Source: an uncultured Prevotellaceae bacterium | GTDB taxonomy: Bacteria > Bacteroidota > Bacteroidia > Bacteroidales > Muribaculaceae | DNA length: 64,000 nucleotides | Assembly (NCBI GenBank): GCA_945921235.1 | Contig: CAMEKH010000001.1 | Span: forward strand, 17,961-81,960 | Direction of reading: 5' to 3' | Shown: in pieces, positions 1 to 9,913 of the stretch | How the letters are laid out: every line of letters starts with the position of its first letter | Position numbering within the stretch: the first letter of the stretch is position 1 | Program-made: the position numbers and the translations under genes | The notes under the pieces: model-generated | Databases searched by the model: none | What the model was told of the DNA's origin: nothing | The model's input: the letters and a program-made list of their open reading frames with translations, nothing else

Positions 1-139
1 TAAGATAATGTGAGTAATTCACTTATTATTCATTTAACGTGTTGTGGTATTATAGAATGTTGTAATTTCATTTTGTTTATCTTATTCATTTTTTCTATGA
101 TTACCACAACCGTTATTATCATAAAAAGAAAGAAACAAT

Positions 140-3100
140 ATGTTACCACGACAACAAGGTTTATATAGCCCTCAATATGAAAAAGATGCCTGCGGTGTAG
201 GTCTGTTAGTCAATATTAATGGGATTAAATCTCATCAACTTGTTGAAAAAGGTCTGCAAGTGCTTGAAAATATGGTACACAGAGGTGCCGAAGGTGCCGA
301 TTTAAAGACGGGCGATGGTGCGGGAATTATGGTCCAGATTCCGCACGAATTTATTTTATTACAAGGAATTGCCGTGCCAGAAAAGGGAAGATATGGCAGC
401 GGATTGATTTTTTTACCTAAAGACGAAGAATCGCAACAATATATTTTAGACTTAATTGAAAGGGAAACTTTAGAAATGGGGCTTACGCTACTGCCAATAA
501 GAGATGTCCCTACTAATAATGAACAATTGGGAGAAGTAGCGAAGTCAGCTGAACCTGATATCAAGCAGATATTTATAGCAGATGAACGCACCAATGATGA
601 AATAGAGCCTAAATTGTATGTCTTAAGAAAGCGTATCGAAAACAGAATTTCTGAATCTGATATAGCAGGCAAAAATGATTTCTATATTGTTTCTTTATCA
701 TCGAGAATTATCATCTATAAAGGAATGCTGTCATCATTGCAGTTGAGATACTATTATCCCGACTTGATGAATCCTCATTTCACCACGGGAATGGCTTTAG
801 TCCACTCACGTTTCAGCACAAATACATTCCCGACATGGAGCCTCGCTCAACCATTCCGTATGCTCGGACATAATGGTGAAATTAACACCATTCAAGGTAA
901 TAGAATGTGGATGCACGCACGCGAATGTGTACTTAATCCCAAATCACTTGGCGGAGTCGATATCACACCAATCATACAGCCAAATATGAGTGACAGTGCA
1001 TCGCTCGACAATGTACTTGAATACTTCGTTATGGCAGGAATGTCGTTGCCACATGCATTGGCAATGCTCGTTCCTGAATCATTCAACGATAAGAACCCTA
1101 TCTCTCCCGAATTGAAAGCATTCTATGAGTATCATAGCATTCTTATGGAAGCATGGGACGGTCCGGCAACTTTGCTCTTCAGCGACGGACGTTATGCCGG
1201 CGGAATGCTCGACCGCAATGGCTTGCGCCCTGCAAGATACCTTATTACAAATAATAATACGATGGTCGTAGCATCGGAAATGGGAGTCTTGCCTTTTGAA
1301 GCATCTGAAGTGAAAGAAAAAGGTCGACTTCGTCCCGGCAAAATGCTCATAGTGGATATGGAGAAAGGAGAAATCTACGATGATGCATTGCTGAAAGAGA
1401 ATTTGGCGAATGAATTCCCCTATCGTGATTGGTTGGCAAAAAACAGAATAAAACTTGACCAAATTAACAGCGGGAAAAAAGTTAATAATGATGTGGATAA
1501 TTATATGCGTCTGCTTAAGACATTTAATTATCACAAAGAAGAAATAGAGAAAATCATTACACCAATGGTGACTGATGCCAAAGAACCTATTAATTCTATG
1601 GGTAATGACACTCCATTGGCGGTAATGAGCGATATTCCGCAGACGCTGTTCAATTATTTCCGTCAGCATTTTGCTCAAGTAACCAACCCTCCTATCGACC
1701 CATTGCGTGAAGAATTGGTTATGAGTCTTGACAGCTATATCGGAGCAATCAAAATGAATTTGCTGGAACCGACTCCTGATTTATGCAAAATGGTGGAACT
1801 TAATCGCCCGATTCTCACCAATTCAGAGCTTGATATTCTTTGTAATCTTCGCTATAAGGGCTTTAATACCCGCAAAGTAAAAATGACATTTGCAGTAAAA
1901 GATGGTGCCGATGGACTGAGAAAAGGGATTGAAAACCTTTGTTCCGAAGCGGAAAAAGCCGTTGATGAAGGATGCAATTATATTGTTCTTAGCGACAGAG
2001 ATGTCGATTGCGAGAATGCTCCTATTCCATCATTATTGGCAACATCGGCTGTACATCATCATTTAATACAGCGTAAGAAACGTGTTCAAACTGCTTTGAT
2101 AATAGAAACGGCTGATGCTCGTGAGGTAATGCACTTTGCTCTGTTGTCGGGCTATGGAGCAAGTGCCATTAATCCTTATTTGGCTTTTGCAGTCATCGAC
2201 ACGCTTGTGAAGAATAAAGAGATTCAACTCGATTTCAACACAGCAGTAAAGAATTACATCAAGGCTATTGATAAAGGCTTGTTGAAGATAATGTCCAAAA
2301 TGGGTATTGCTACAATTACAAGCTATAAAGGTGCTCAACTCTTTGAGGCGATAGGACTTTCACAAGATATCATTGATGCTTATTTTGGGAATACAATATC
2401 AAAAATAGGAGGTATTGATATCACCGACCTTGCCAATGAAATCCTCACATCTCATGAGGAAGCATTCTCTTCTGAATTCGATGACAGATTACCAATGTCA
2501 AGTATAGGTCAATATTCCTATAGAAAGAATGGCGAGTTGCATGCATGGAATCCTGAAACTATCGCATTGCTTCAGATTTCTACGCGACTTGGGAGTTACA
2601 AGAAATTCAAAGAGTTTACGTCGGCAGTAGATAATAAAGCAAAACCGATATTTATACGCGATTTCTTCGATTTCAAAAAAGGCAAAGCTATCCCAATCGA
2701 TGAGGTAGAAAGCGCAGAGAGCATAATGAAGCGATTCGTGACCGGAGCTATGTCGTTTGGCGCAATCAGCAAGGAAGCGCATGAAGCTCTTGGAATTGCA
2801 ATGAACAGAATAGGAGCTAAAAGCAACACAGGCGAAGGTGGTGAGGATTCTGAGCGATTTAAGCCTCGTGCCGACGGCTCCTCAGCACGAAGTGCAATCA
2901 AGCAAGTGGCTTCCGGACGATTTGGTGTGACTGCCGAATATCTTGTCAATGCCGATGAGATTCAAATAAAAATTGCACAAGGAGCAAAACCGGGTGAAGG
3001 AGGTCAATTGCCGGGGTTTAAGGTTGATAAGGTTATCGCCAAGACTCGCCATTCTATCCCCGGAATATCTCTTATTTCGCCCCCACCCCATCACGATATT

Positions 3101-4639
3101 TACTCTATTGAGGACTTGGCTCAATTGATATTCGACTTAAAGAATATTAATCCTGATGCCAAAATCAGTGTGAAACTTGTGGCAGAAAGCGGCGTGGGAA
3201 CAATAGCTGCCGGTGTAGCTAAAGCAAAAGCCGACTTAATTATTATCAGCGGTGCTGAAGGCGGAACGGGCGCAAGTCCGGCAAGCTCTATAAGATATGC
3301 CGGTTTACCATCGGAAATAGGTCTTGCCGAAACTCAGCAAACACTTGTTTTAAACAATCTTAGAGGTCAAGTAAGGCTACAAGTTGATGGTCAACTGAAG
3401 ACCGGTCGTGACGTAATTCTTCAAGCAATGCTTGGTGCTGAAGAATTCGGCTTTGCCACATCTGCCCTAATAGTTCTCGGCTGTGTATTAATGAGAAAAT
3501 GTCACATGAATACGTGCCCTGTGGGAGTCGCTACACAGAACGAAGATTTGCGCAAGCGGTTTATGGGTAAGGCTGATTACTTAGTTAATTTCTTTACATT
3601 CCTTGCGCAAGAAATTCGTGAATATCTTGCAGAAATAGGAGTTAAGACTTTTGATGAGATTGTGGGAAGAAATGACTTACTGACAATTAAAGAAGGGGTT
3701 AAAGTAAGTAAAACCAATCATTTGGATTTCAGCAAATTGCTATATCATCCAGCCGAATGCTCAACAAATGCGATTATTAATGTTACACAGCAGGAGCATG
3801 ACATTAAGAATGTACTCGACCGCGAACTTATAAATCGCTCTTTCCCATCGATAACTTCGGGAATGCCTGTAGAGCTTGATTTCACAATAAAGAACACAAA
3901 CCGCTCGGTAGGTGCAATGCTTTCAGGTGCAGTAGCAAAAAAATATGGAAATGAGGGACTTCCCGACAATACAATTTCGTGCACATTCAAGGGTTCAGCA
4001 GGACAAAGTTTCGGAGCATTCCTTGAGCATGGAATTTCTTTCAGACTTGAAGGCGATGCCAACGATTATGTAGGTAAAGGACTGTCGGGTGGTAGAATTG
4101 TCATAGTGCCGCCATCAGGTACAACATTCATTCCTGAGAACAATATAATAGCGGGAAATACGATATTATATGGTGCCACATCAGGTGAAATGTACATTAA
4201 TGGACGTGTTGGTGAGCGTTTTTGCGTTAGAAATAGTGGTGCAATTGCCGTTGTAGAAGGTGTCGGCGACCATTGCTGTGAATATATGACAGGTGGACGC
4301 ACCGTTGTACTCGGGTCGACAGGACGAAACTTCGCAGCCGGAATGAGTGGAGGAATTGCCTACGTGTGGAATCCTAAGGGAGATTTCGACTATTTCTGTA
4401 ATATGGAAATGGTAGAGCTATCATTGATAGAGGATATGGCTGATAATCGGGAGCTGTACAGAATTATAGGAAACCACTACAAATACACTCGCAGTCCGCT
4501 TGCAGGCAAGATGCTTGATAATTGGCAGTCGTATGTGGACCAATTCATAAAAGTAATTCCTTTTGAATATAAGAAAGTTCTGCATGACGAGAAAATGGAA
4601 AAACTACAAAAGAAAATAGCGGAACTCGAAAGAGATTAA
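140..4639 (+). CDS. gltB: Glutamate synthase large subunit
   Basis: 1499-aa ORF. It has the N-terminal class-II (Ntn) amidotransferase Cys (..KDACGVGLL..), an FMN/Fe-S synthase core (..MNTCPVGVATQ..) and a C-terminal GXGXG domain. gltD follows 34 nt downstream. Confidence 0.95.
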   Translation: MLPRQQGLYSPQYEKDACGVGLLVNINGIKSHQLVEKGLQVLENMVHRGAEGADLKTGDGAGIMVQIPHEFILLQGIAVPEKGRYGSGLIFLPKDEESQQYILDLIERETLEMGLTLLPIRDVPTNNEQLGEVAKSAEPDIKQIFIADERTNDEIEPKLYVLRKRIENRISESDIAGKNDFYIVSLSSRIIIYKGMLSSLQLRYYYPDLMNPHFTTGMALVHSRFSTNTFPTWSLAQPFRMLGHNGEINTIQGNRMWMHARECVLNPKSLGGVDITPIIQPNMSDSASLDNVLEYFVMAGMSLPHALAMLVPESFNDKNPISPELKAFYEYHSILMEAWDGPATLLFSDGRYAGGMLDRNGLRPARYLITNNNTMVVASEMGVLPFEASEVKEKGRLRPGKMLIVDMEKGEIYDDALLKENLANEFPYRDWLAKNRIKLDQINSGKKVNNDVDNYMRLLKTFNYHKEEIEKIITPMVTDAKEPINSMGNDTPLAVMSDIPQTLFNYFRQHFAQVTNPPIDPLREELVMSLDSYIGAIKMNLLEPTPDLCKMVELNRPILTNSELDILCNLRYKGFNTRKVKMTFAVKDGADGLRKGIENLCSEAEKAVDEGCNYIVLSDRDVDCENAPIPSLLATSAVHHHLIQRKKRVQTALIIETADAREVMHFALLSGYGASAINPYLAFAVIDTLVKNKEIQLDFNTAVKNYIKAIDKGLLKIMSKMGIATITSYKGAQLFEAIGLSQDIIDAYFGNTISKIGGIDITDLANEILTSHEEAFSSEFDDRLPMSSIGQYSYRKNGELHAWNPETIALLQISTRLGSYKKFKEFTSAVDNKAKPIFIRDFFDFKKGKAIPIDEVESAESIMKRFVTGAMSFGAISKEAHEALGIAMNRIGAKSNTGEGGEDSERFKPRADGSSARSAIKQVASGRFGVTAEYLVNADEIQIKIAQGAKPGEGGQLPGFKVDKVIAKTRHSIPGISLISPPPHHDIYSIEDLAQLIFDLKNINPDAKISVKLVAESGVGTIAAGVAKAKADLIIISGAEGGTGASPASSIRYAGLPSEIGLAETQQTLVLNNLRGQVRLQVDGQLKTGRDVILQAMLGAEEFGFATSALIVLGCVLMRKCHMNTCPVGVATQNEDLRKRFMGKADYLVNFFTFLAQEIREYLAEIGVKTFDEIVGRNDLLTIKEGVKVSKTNHLDFSKLLYHPAECSTNAIINVTQQEHDIKNVLDRELINRSFPSITSGMPVELDFTIKNTNRSVGAMLSGAVAKKYGNEGLPDNTISCTFKGSAGQSFGAFLEHGISFRLEGDANDYVGKGLSGGRIVIVPPSGTTFIPENNIIAGNTILYGATSGEMYINGRVGERFCVRNSGAIAVVEGVGDHCCEYMTGGRTVVLGSTGRNFAAGMSGGIAYVWNPKGDFDYFCNMEMVELSLIEDMADNRELYRIIGNHYKYTRSPLAGKMLDNWQSYVDQFIKVIPFEYKKVLHDEKMEKLQKKIAELERD

Positions 4640-4673
4640 TCATTCAATTACGAACTTTTAATGTATTACTATA

Positions 4674-6098
4674 ATGGGTAATCCGAAAGCATTTTTAAGT
4701 ATAAAACGTAAAGAAGCCGGTTATCGTCCAATAAACGACCGAATAAAAGATTTTGGCGAAGTTGAACAAACGCTAAATCCTGAAGACCGGAGATTGCAAG
4801 CCTCTCGGTGTATGGAATGTGGCGTGCCGTTTTGTCATTGGAGCTGCCCTACAGGTAGCAAACAACCTGAATGGCAAGACCGACTTTTTAAGAACGATAT
4901 AAAAGGCGCATATGAGATATTAACTCAAACTAATGAATTTCCTGAATTCACAGGACGTATATGCCCTGCCTTGTGTGAGAAGAGCTGTGTGCTCAATAAG
5001 ACGCACGAGGCAGTAACAATACGTGAGAATGAAGCTGCAATTGTAGAGCGAGCATTTCTCGAAGGTCTTATTTCTCCTTTTGTTTCCAAAGTACGTCACG
5101 ACAAAAAGATTGCTATAATAGGCTCAGGTCCTGCCGGATTGGCGTGTGCAAATAGGCTCAATCATGCAGGATATGATGTAACAGTATTTGAGAAAGATGA
5201 AGCTGCGGGCGGTCTATTACGATTTGGTATCCCCGATTTCAAATTAAACAAATCGGTAATTGACCGTAGAATAGATTTAATGGAGAAAGAGGGCGTGAAA
5301 TTTGTCTATAACACCACAGTAGGCAAAGATATTTCCACCGGAGAAATATTAGAAAAATATGATGCCGTATGTGTAGCAATAGGCTCAGGTGTGCCTCGAG
5401 ATTTAAATGTGGAAGGTCGTGAGCTGAAAGGTATTCATTTTGCCCTTGAATTATTAAAACAGCAGAACCGTGTAGTAGCAGGGAAAGAGTTCGACAACGA
5501 ATCAAGAATCACTGCAAAGGGAAAGAACGTGCTTGTAATAGGTGGTGGTGATACTGGCAGCGATTGCGTCGGAACCGCCAATAGGCAAGGTGCATTATCT
5601 GTTACACAAATTGAAATTATGCCAAAACCACCTGTTGATGAGAATCCTGCTACTCCGTGGCCTTATTGGCCCGTAGTGCTCAAAACTTCAAGTTCACATG
5701 AAGAGGGCTGTGAGAGACGATGGCTTCTCGATACGAAAAAATTCATTGGCAATGGGGATAATGTTGCAGCAGTGGAAGTGGAAGAAGTGGAATGGCAGAA
5801 AGATGAGAAGACAGGTAAAATGAATCTACTTCACACAGGTAGGATTTCTACTATAAAAGCTGAATTGGTGCTCCTTGCCATGGGATTTACGAATCCGGTA
5901 TATGACGGACTAATTAAGGAATTAAATGTAGAACTCGATTGCAGAAAAAACGTGAAAGTAGATGGCAATCAATCAACATCGGTCGATAAAGTATTTGCCG
6001 CAGGAGATGCATCGACAGGTGCATCGCTTGTGGTGAGATGCATTGCATCGGGGCAAAAGACTGCACAAGAGATTGATAAATATTTGAAAAATAAATAA
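4674..6098 (+). CDS. gltD: Glutamate synthase small subunit (NADPH)
   Basis: 474 aa. It has N-terminal Cys clusters (CMECGVPFC, CPALCEKSC) and two dinucleotide-binding motifs (IIGSGPAGL, VIGGGDTG). It is adjacent to gltB. Confidence 0.93.
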   Translation: MGNPKAFLSIKRKEAGYRPINDRIKDFGEVEQTLNPEDRRLQASRCMECGVPFCHWSCPTGSKQPEWQDRLFKNDIKGAYEILTQTNEFPEFTGRICPALCEKSCVLNKTHEAVTIRENEAAIVERAFLEGLISPFVSKVRHDKKIAIIGSGPAGLACANRLNHAGYDVTVFEKDEAAGGLLRFGIPDFKLNKSVIDRRIDLMEKEGVKFVYNTTVGKDISTGEILEKYDAVCVAIGSGVPRDLNVEGRELKGIHFALELLKQQNRVVAGKEFDNESRITAKGKNVLVIGGGDTGSDCVGTANRQGALSVTQIEIMPKPPVDENPATPWPYWPVVLKTSSSHEEGCERRWLLDTKKFIGNGDNVAAVEVEEVEWQKDEKTGKMNLLHTGRISTIKAELVLLAMGFTNPVYDGLIKELNVELDCRKNVKVDGNQSTSVDKVFAAGDASTGASLVVRCIASGQKTAQEIDKYLKNK

Positions 6099-6104
6099 CA
6101 TTTT

Positions 6105-6140
6105 AGAGGTCGTGATTTTAATATCTCGACCTCTTTTTTT
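6105..6140 (+). terminator. Intrinsic terminator after gltD
   Basis: Stem AGAGGTCG (6105-6112) pairs with CGACCTCT (6127-6134), followed by T6. Confidence 0.8.
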
Positions 6141-6147
6141 ATCTTTG
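6140..6147 (+). promoter_or_regulatory. Bacteroidetes -7 box TATCTTTG (purF-type gene)
   Basis: Exact TAnnTTTG match. It lies directly after the gltD terminator and only 7 nt before ATG 6155, implying a near-leaderless mRNA. Confidence 0.5.
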
Positions 6148-6154
6148 CAACAAT

Positions 6155-8032
6155 ATGGAAGCACTCAAGCATGAATGTGGCATAGCGATGATACGTCTTC
6201 GCAAGCCTTTGAAATATTATAAAGAGAAATACGGCTCATGTTTCTATGGGCTTAATAAATTATATCTTCTCATGGAAAAGCAACACAACCGCGGACAAGA
6301 AGGCGCAGGCTTGGGTTGCATAAAATTAAATTCAACACCCGGAAATGAATACATATTTCGCGAGAGGGCATTAGGCTCAGGGGCAATACAAGAAATTTTT
6401 GCAAATGTAAAAAAAGAAATTGGCAATGAAATAGCATCAAAACATGATGAAGAATTGCCATTTGCCGGTGAAGTTTATATAGGTCACCTGCGATATAGCA
6501 CTACCGGGAAGTCGGGGATAAGCTATGTGCACCCATTTTTACGTCGAAACAACTGGAAATCGAGAAATATGCTCTTATGTGGCAATTTCAACATGACTAA
6601 CGTGGAAGAAATATTTGAATCGATAGTTTCGCAAGGTCAACATCCACGTATATATTCCGACACGGTATTGCTTCTTGAACAACTTGGACATGAACTCGAC
6701 AAGGAGCACCAGAAAATGTATGACAAACTACATGCTAATGGTCTTGACGGCATTAAACTTACTCGAGAAATTGAAGATACTATCGATATTACAAATATAC
6801 TGAAGCAACCCTCAAAAATATGGGACGGTGGCTTTGTAATTTGCGGAGCAATAGGAAGCGGTGATATGTTTGCTTTGCGTGACTCTCATGGCATTCGTCC
6901 GGCTTTCTATTATTACGATGATGAAATAGTAGTTGTGGCATCGGAGCGACCGGTTATACAGACTACCATGAATGTCGGTATAGAGGAAGTAAAAGAATTA
7001 GCTCCGGGTTCTGCAATAACGGTGAACCGCGCAGGGAATATTCACATAACTGATGTTCTTGGTGAAGGAAAGAATGAGAAATGCTCATTCGAACGAATAT
7101 ATTTTTCACGCGGGAGTGATGCCGATATTTACACTGAAAGGAAGTCATTAGGAAGAGAATTGGCTCCCGCAATACTTAAATCGGTTAATTATGACCTCGA
7201 CCACACTGTGGCATCGTTTATTCCTAATACAGCCGAAGTTGCGTATATAGGTATGATTGAAGGTCTTGAGGATTATCAACGTAGCCTTCAGATTAAAGAG
7301 ATAGAGTCACTGGATCGTACGTCTCCCGACTATTACAACAATCTTGAGAAAATCTTGAAAAGTAGATTGCGCATAGAGAAAATAGCCATAAAAGACATAA
7401 AATTGCGGACGTTTATTGCCGAAGGTGATTCACGCAATGACCTTGCAGCGCACGTATATGATGTGACTTATGGAATGATTGAACCGAAGGTAGATAACCT
7501 TGTGGTAATAGACGACAGCATAGTGAGAGGTACAACATTGAAGCAATCAATTATTAGGATTCTCGACCGCCTGAAACCTAAAAAAATAGTGATTGTATCG
7601 TCTTCGCCCCAAGTACGCTATCCCGACTACTATGGTATAGATATGTCGCGAATGGGAGAATTTGCGGCATTTAGAGCTGCAATGGCGTTACTGAAGGAGC
7701 GTGGCATGGCCGACGTAATTGATAGCGTCTACAAGAAGTGCAAAGCGCAACAAAATTTACCGAAAGAAATGGTAGTAAATTATGTAACTGATATTTATGC
7801 TCCATTTACCGACGATGAAATATCCAAGAAAATCGCTGAAATGCTTACCCCAAGCGGCACGAATGCTGAAGTGGAAATAATTTATCAATCGATTGAAGGA
7901 TTGCATAAGGCCATTCCTAATCATCATGGTGATTGGTATTTCTCGGGCAACTACCCCACCCCCGGAGGCAATAAGATGGTAAATCAGGCATTTATCAATT
8001 ATTATGAAGGCAACCCTAATTTAAGATGTTAA
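6155..8032 (+). CDS. purF: Amidophosphoribosyltransferase, long form (class-II glutamine amidotransferase plus PRTase)
   Basis: 625 aa. The Ntn Cys follows a short propeptide (MEALKHE-CGI), and there is a PRPP loop VVIDDSIVRGTT. The protein is longer than the textbook PurF. Confidence 0.8.
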   Translation: MEALKHECGIAMIRLRKPLKYYKEKYGSCFYGLNKLYLLMEKQHNRGQEGAGLGCIKLNSTPGNEYIFRERALGSGAIQEIFANVKKEIGNEIASKHDEELPFAGEVYIGHLRYSTTGKSGISYVHPFLRRNNWKSRNMLLCGNFNMTNVEEIFESIVSQGQHPRIYSDTVLLLEQLGHELDKEHQKMYDKLHANGLDGIKLTREIEDTIDITNILKQPSKIWDGGFVICGAIGSGDMFALRDSHGIRPAFYYYDDEIVVVASERPVIQTTMNVGIEEVKELAPGSAITVNRAGNIHITDVLGEGKNEKCSFERIYFSRGSDADIYTERKSLGRELAPAILKSVNYDLDHTVASFIPNTAEVAYIGMIEGLEDYQRSLQIKEIESLDRTSPDYYNNLEKILKSRLRIEKIAIKDIKLRTFIAEGDSRNDLAAHVYDVTYGMIEPKVDNLVVIDDSIVRGTTLKQSIIRILDRLKPKKIVIVSSSPQVRYPDYYGIDMSRMGEFAAFRAAMALLKERGMADVIDSVYKKCKAQQNLPKEMVVNYVTDIYAPFTDDEISKKIAEMLTPSGTNAEVEIIYQSIEGLHKAIPNHHGDWYFSGNYPTPGGNKMVNQAFINYYEGNPNLRC

Positions 8033-8066
8033 GTTGTGAAAAGGGACTAAACAATGGTATAAAACA

Positions 8067-9905
8067 ATGAAACTAATACACAAAATCTATCAAAAGGCAT
8101 TAATAGCAATTGTTCTGTTTGCTATAGTGCCATTTAATGCCGACGGAATAAAAATTTCCGTTCTTGCCGATGTGCACGTAACACCGGGCAACGTCAACGA
8201 GGGTAAATTGCGTGAAGCTGTAGATGAAATAAACTGCAATGACACTGAAATAGTAATTGTGGCAGGCGATTTAACTAATGAAGGCAGCGATGAGCAGTTA
8301 ATGAACGTAAAGTCGATTCTTGATTGTGTAAAAAAGCCAATATATGTGATACCGGGGAATCATGAGAACAATTGGAGTCAAAGCGCTTGTAAGACATTTA
8401 ATGATTTATGGGGTAACGACCGTTTCATTGCTGAGACCGACAGCCTTGTTATAGTTGGTATTAACTGTGGCCCTTATATGAAAATGGGTGATGGACACAT
8501 AAAGCAAGAAGATTTATCATGGCTTGACGCAACGCTGAAAGAACGCACCACAAGCGGTAAGCGAGTGCTCAGTGTGTGCCACTATCCTATTTTGCCCGAC
8601 CTTGATAATTGTAATGAATACATTGCAGTGCTTCAGAAGTATCCTGTTGTGACTCACATCTGTGGGCATTATCACACTTTCAAGCACTATAAAGGCGGTG
8701 ATATAGATGCCCTTATGTGCAGAGCACTTGATATGAAAAACGATAATTTCGGATATTCTATTCTTGAAATTGCAAACGATTCGGTTAAATTATTTGATAA
8801 GCATATTGGTGAGAGTCCTGTAATGAAATTTTCTTACGCTGTCGATACCGACATAACACCAATTAAAGAAGTTGAGAATAATGATTTTATCATTCCTGAT
8901 AATGTCGAGATTACACTTGTACATCGCGATGAAGCCTCTATCTTCACTCGCATAGGAATAGATAACAAGAATGTATATTTCGGGAATTCTTTAGGTTATG
9001 CAAAATCAGTGGATAAGACAAATGGGCGTGAGAACTGGAGTTATAAGACAAATTCATCTCTTTTCTCGCGTCCGGCAGTCGGGGAAACGGTTGTTATTCT
9101 ACCTACGGCAGATAAACGACTTGTGTGGCTCGATAAGGACACGGGGACAGAACTTTACTCAGTGGCAGCCAATGGTCCATACGTTGCCGATGGCATTGTA
9201 ATAGGAAATACGCTATATCAGGGAGGATATAAAACATTTCAATCATGGGATATAAAACATCATAAATTGAATTGGCAATATGATAGTATATTCAATTACT
9301 GTCAAGCAGCACCGGTTGTTTCCGGCAAAGATATAGCTTTCGGAGCTTGGGATACAAATCTTCGATTACTCGACAAAAATAGCGGCAAGCTCAAATGGGC
9401 ATGGAACAATGGAAAAAAGGCAAATATGCTGGGTCCGGGGAATTGTGTTCCGGTTATGACAATCGATAAAATCATTATCGTTGCGCCGGATAGATATATG
9501 ACAGCCATCGACCGAAAAAGCGGGAAACAGATATGGCGTAATAATGATTTTAAATATCGCGAGAGTCTTGGAGTATCACGTGATGGGAAAACGGCTTACG
9601 CTAAAACCATGGACGGAGAAATTGTTGCCGTAAGCACTGAAGGCACAGATTTCAAATTACTATGGAAAGTAGATGCCGGATTCGGATACGAACATGCGCC
9701 GTGTATCGTAGTAGAATCAAAAGGAATTATATTTGCCGGTTCACGACGGGGTTTAATGTCGGCGATTGACGCTAAAACTCATAAATTGCTTTGGCAGTAT
9801 CGTCTTGGCAACTCGGAATTCAACGGCTGGGAGATAGACAGCAATGGCGATGTTTACACCTCGTTGATTGAAGGTACTATTTGGAAAATTCACATAGAAA
9901 AATAA
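8067..9905 (+). CDS. Exported metallophosphoesterase fused to a PQQ-like beta-propeller repeat domain
   Basis: 612 aa with an N-terminal hydrophobic signal or anchor. The calcineurin-like motifs DVHVTPGN, GDLTNEG, GNHEN and GHYH are present. The C-terminal half has repeated ..G(K)..W.. propeller-type blades (KLKWAW, KQIWRN, KLLWKV, KLLWQY). Confidence 0.7.
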   Translation: MKLIHKIYQKALIAIVLFAIVPFNADGIKISVLADVHVTPGNVNEGKLREAVDEINCNDTEIVIVAGDLTNEGSDEQLMNVKSILDCVKKPIYVIPGNHENNWSQSACKTFNDLWGNDRFIAETDSLVIVGINCGPYMKMGDGHIKQEDLSWLDATLKERTTSGKRVLSVCHYPILPDLDNCNEYIAVLQKYPVVTHICGHYHTFKHYKGGDIDALMCRALDMKNDNFGYSILEIANDSVKLFDKHIGESPVMKFSYAVDTDITPIKEVENNDFIIPDNVEITLVHRDEASIFTRIGIDNKNVYFGNSLGYAKSVDKTNGRENWSYKTNSSLFSRPAVGETVVILPTADKRLVWLDKDTGTELYSVAANGPYVADGIVIGNTLYQGGYKTFQSWDIKHHKLNWQYDSIFNYCQAAPVVSGKDIAFGAWDTNLRLLDKNSGKLKWAWNNGKKANMLGPGNCVPVMTIDKIIIVAPDRYMTAIDRKSGKQIWRNNDFKYRESLGVSRDGKTAYAKTMDGEIVAVSTEGTDFKLLWKVDAGFGYEHAPCIVVESKGIIFAGSRRGLMSAIDAKTHKLLWQYRLGNSEFNGWEIDSNGDVYTSLIEGTIWKIHIEK

Positions 9906-9913
9906 CAAGAATC

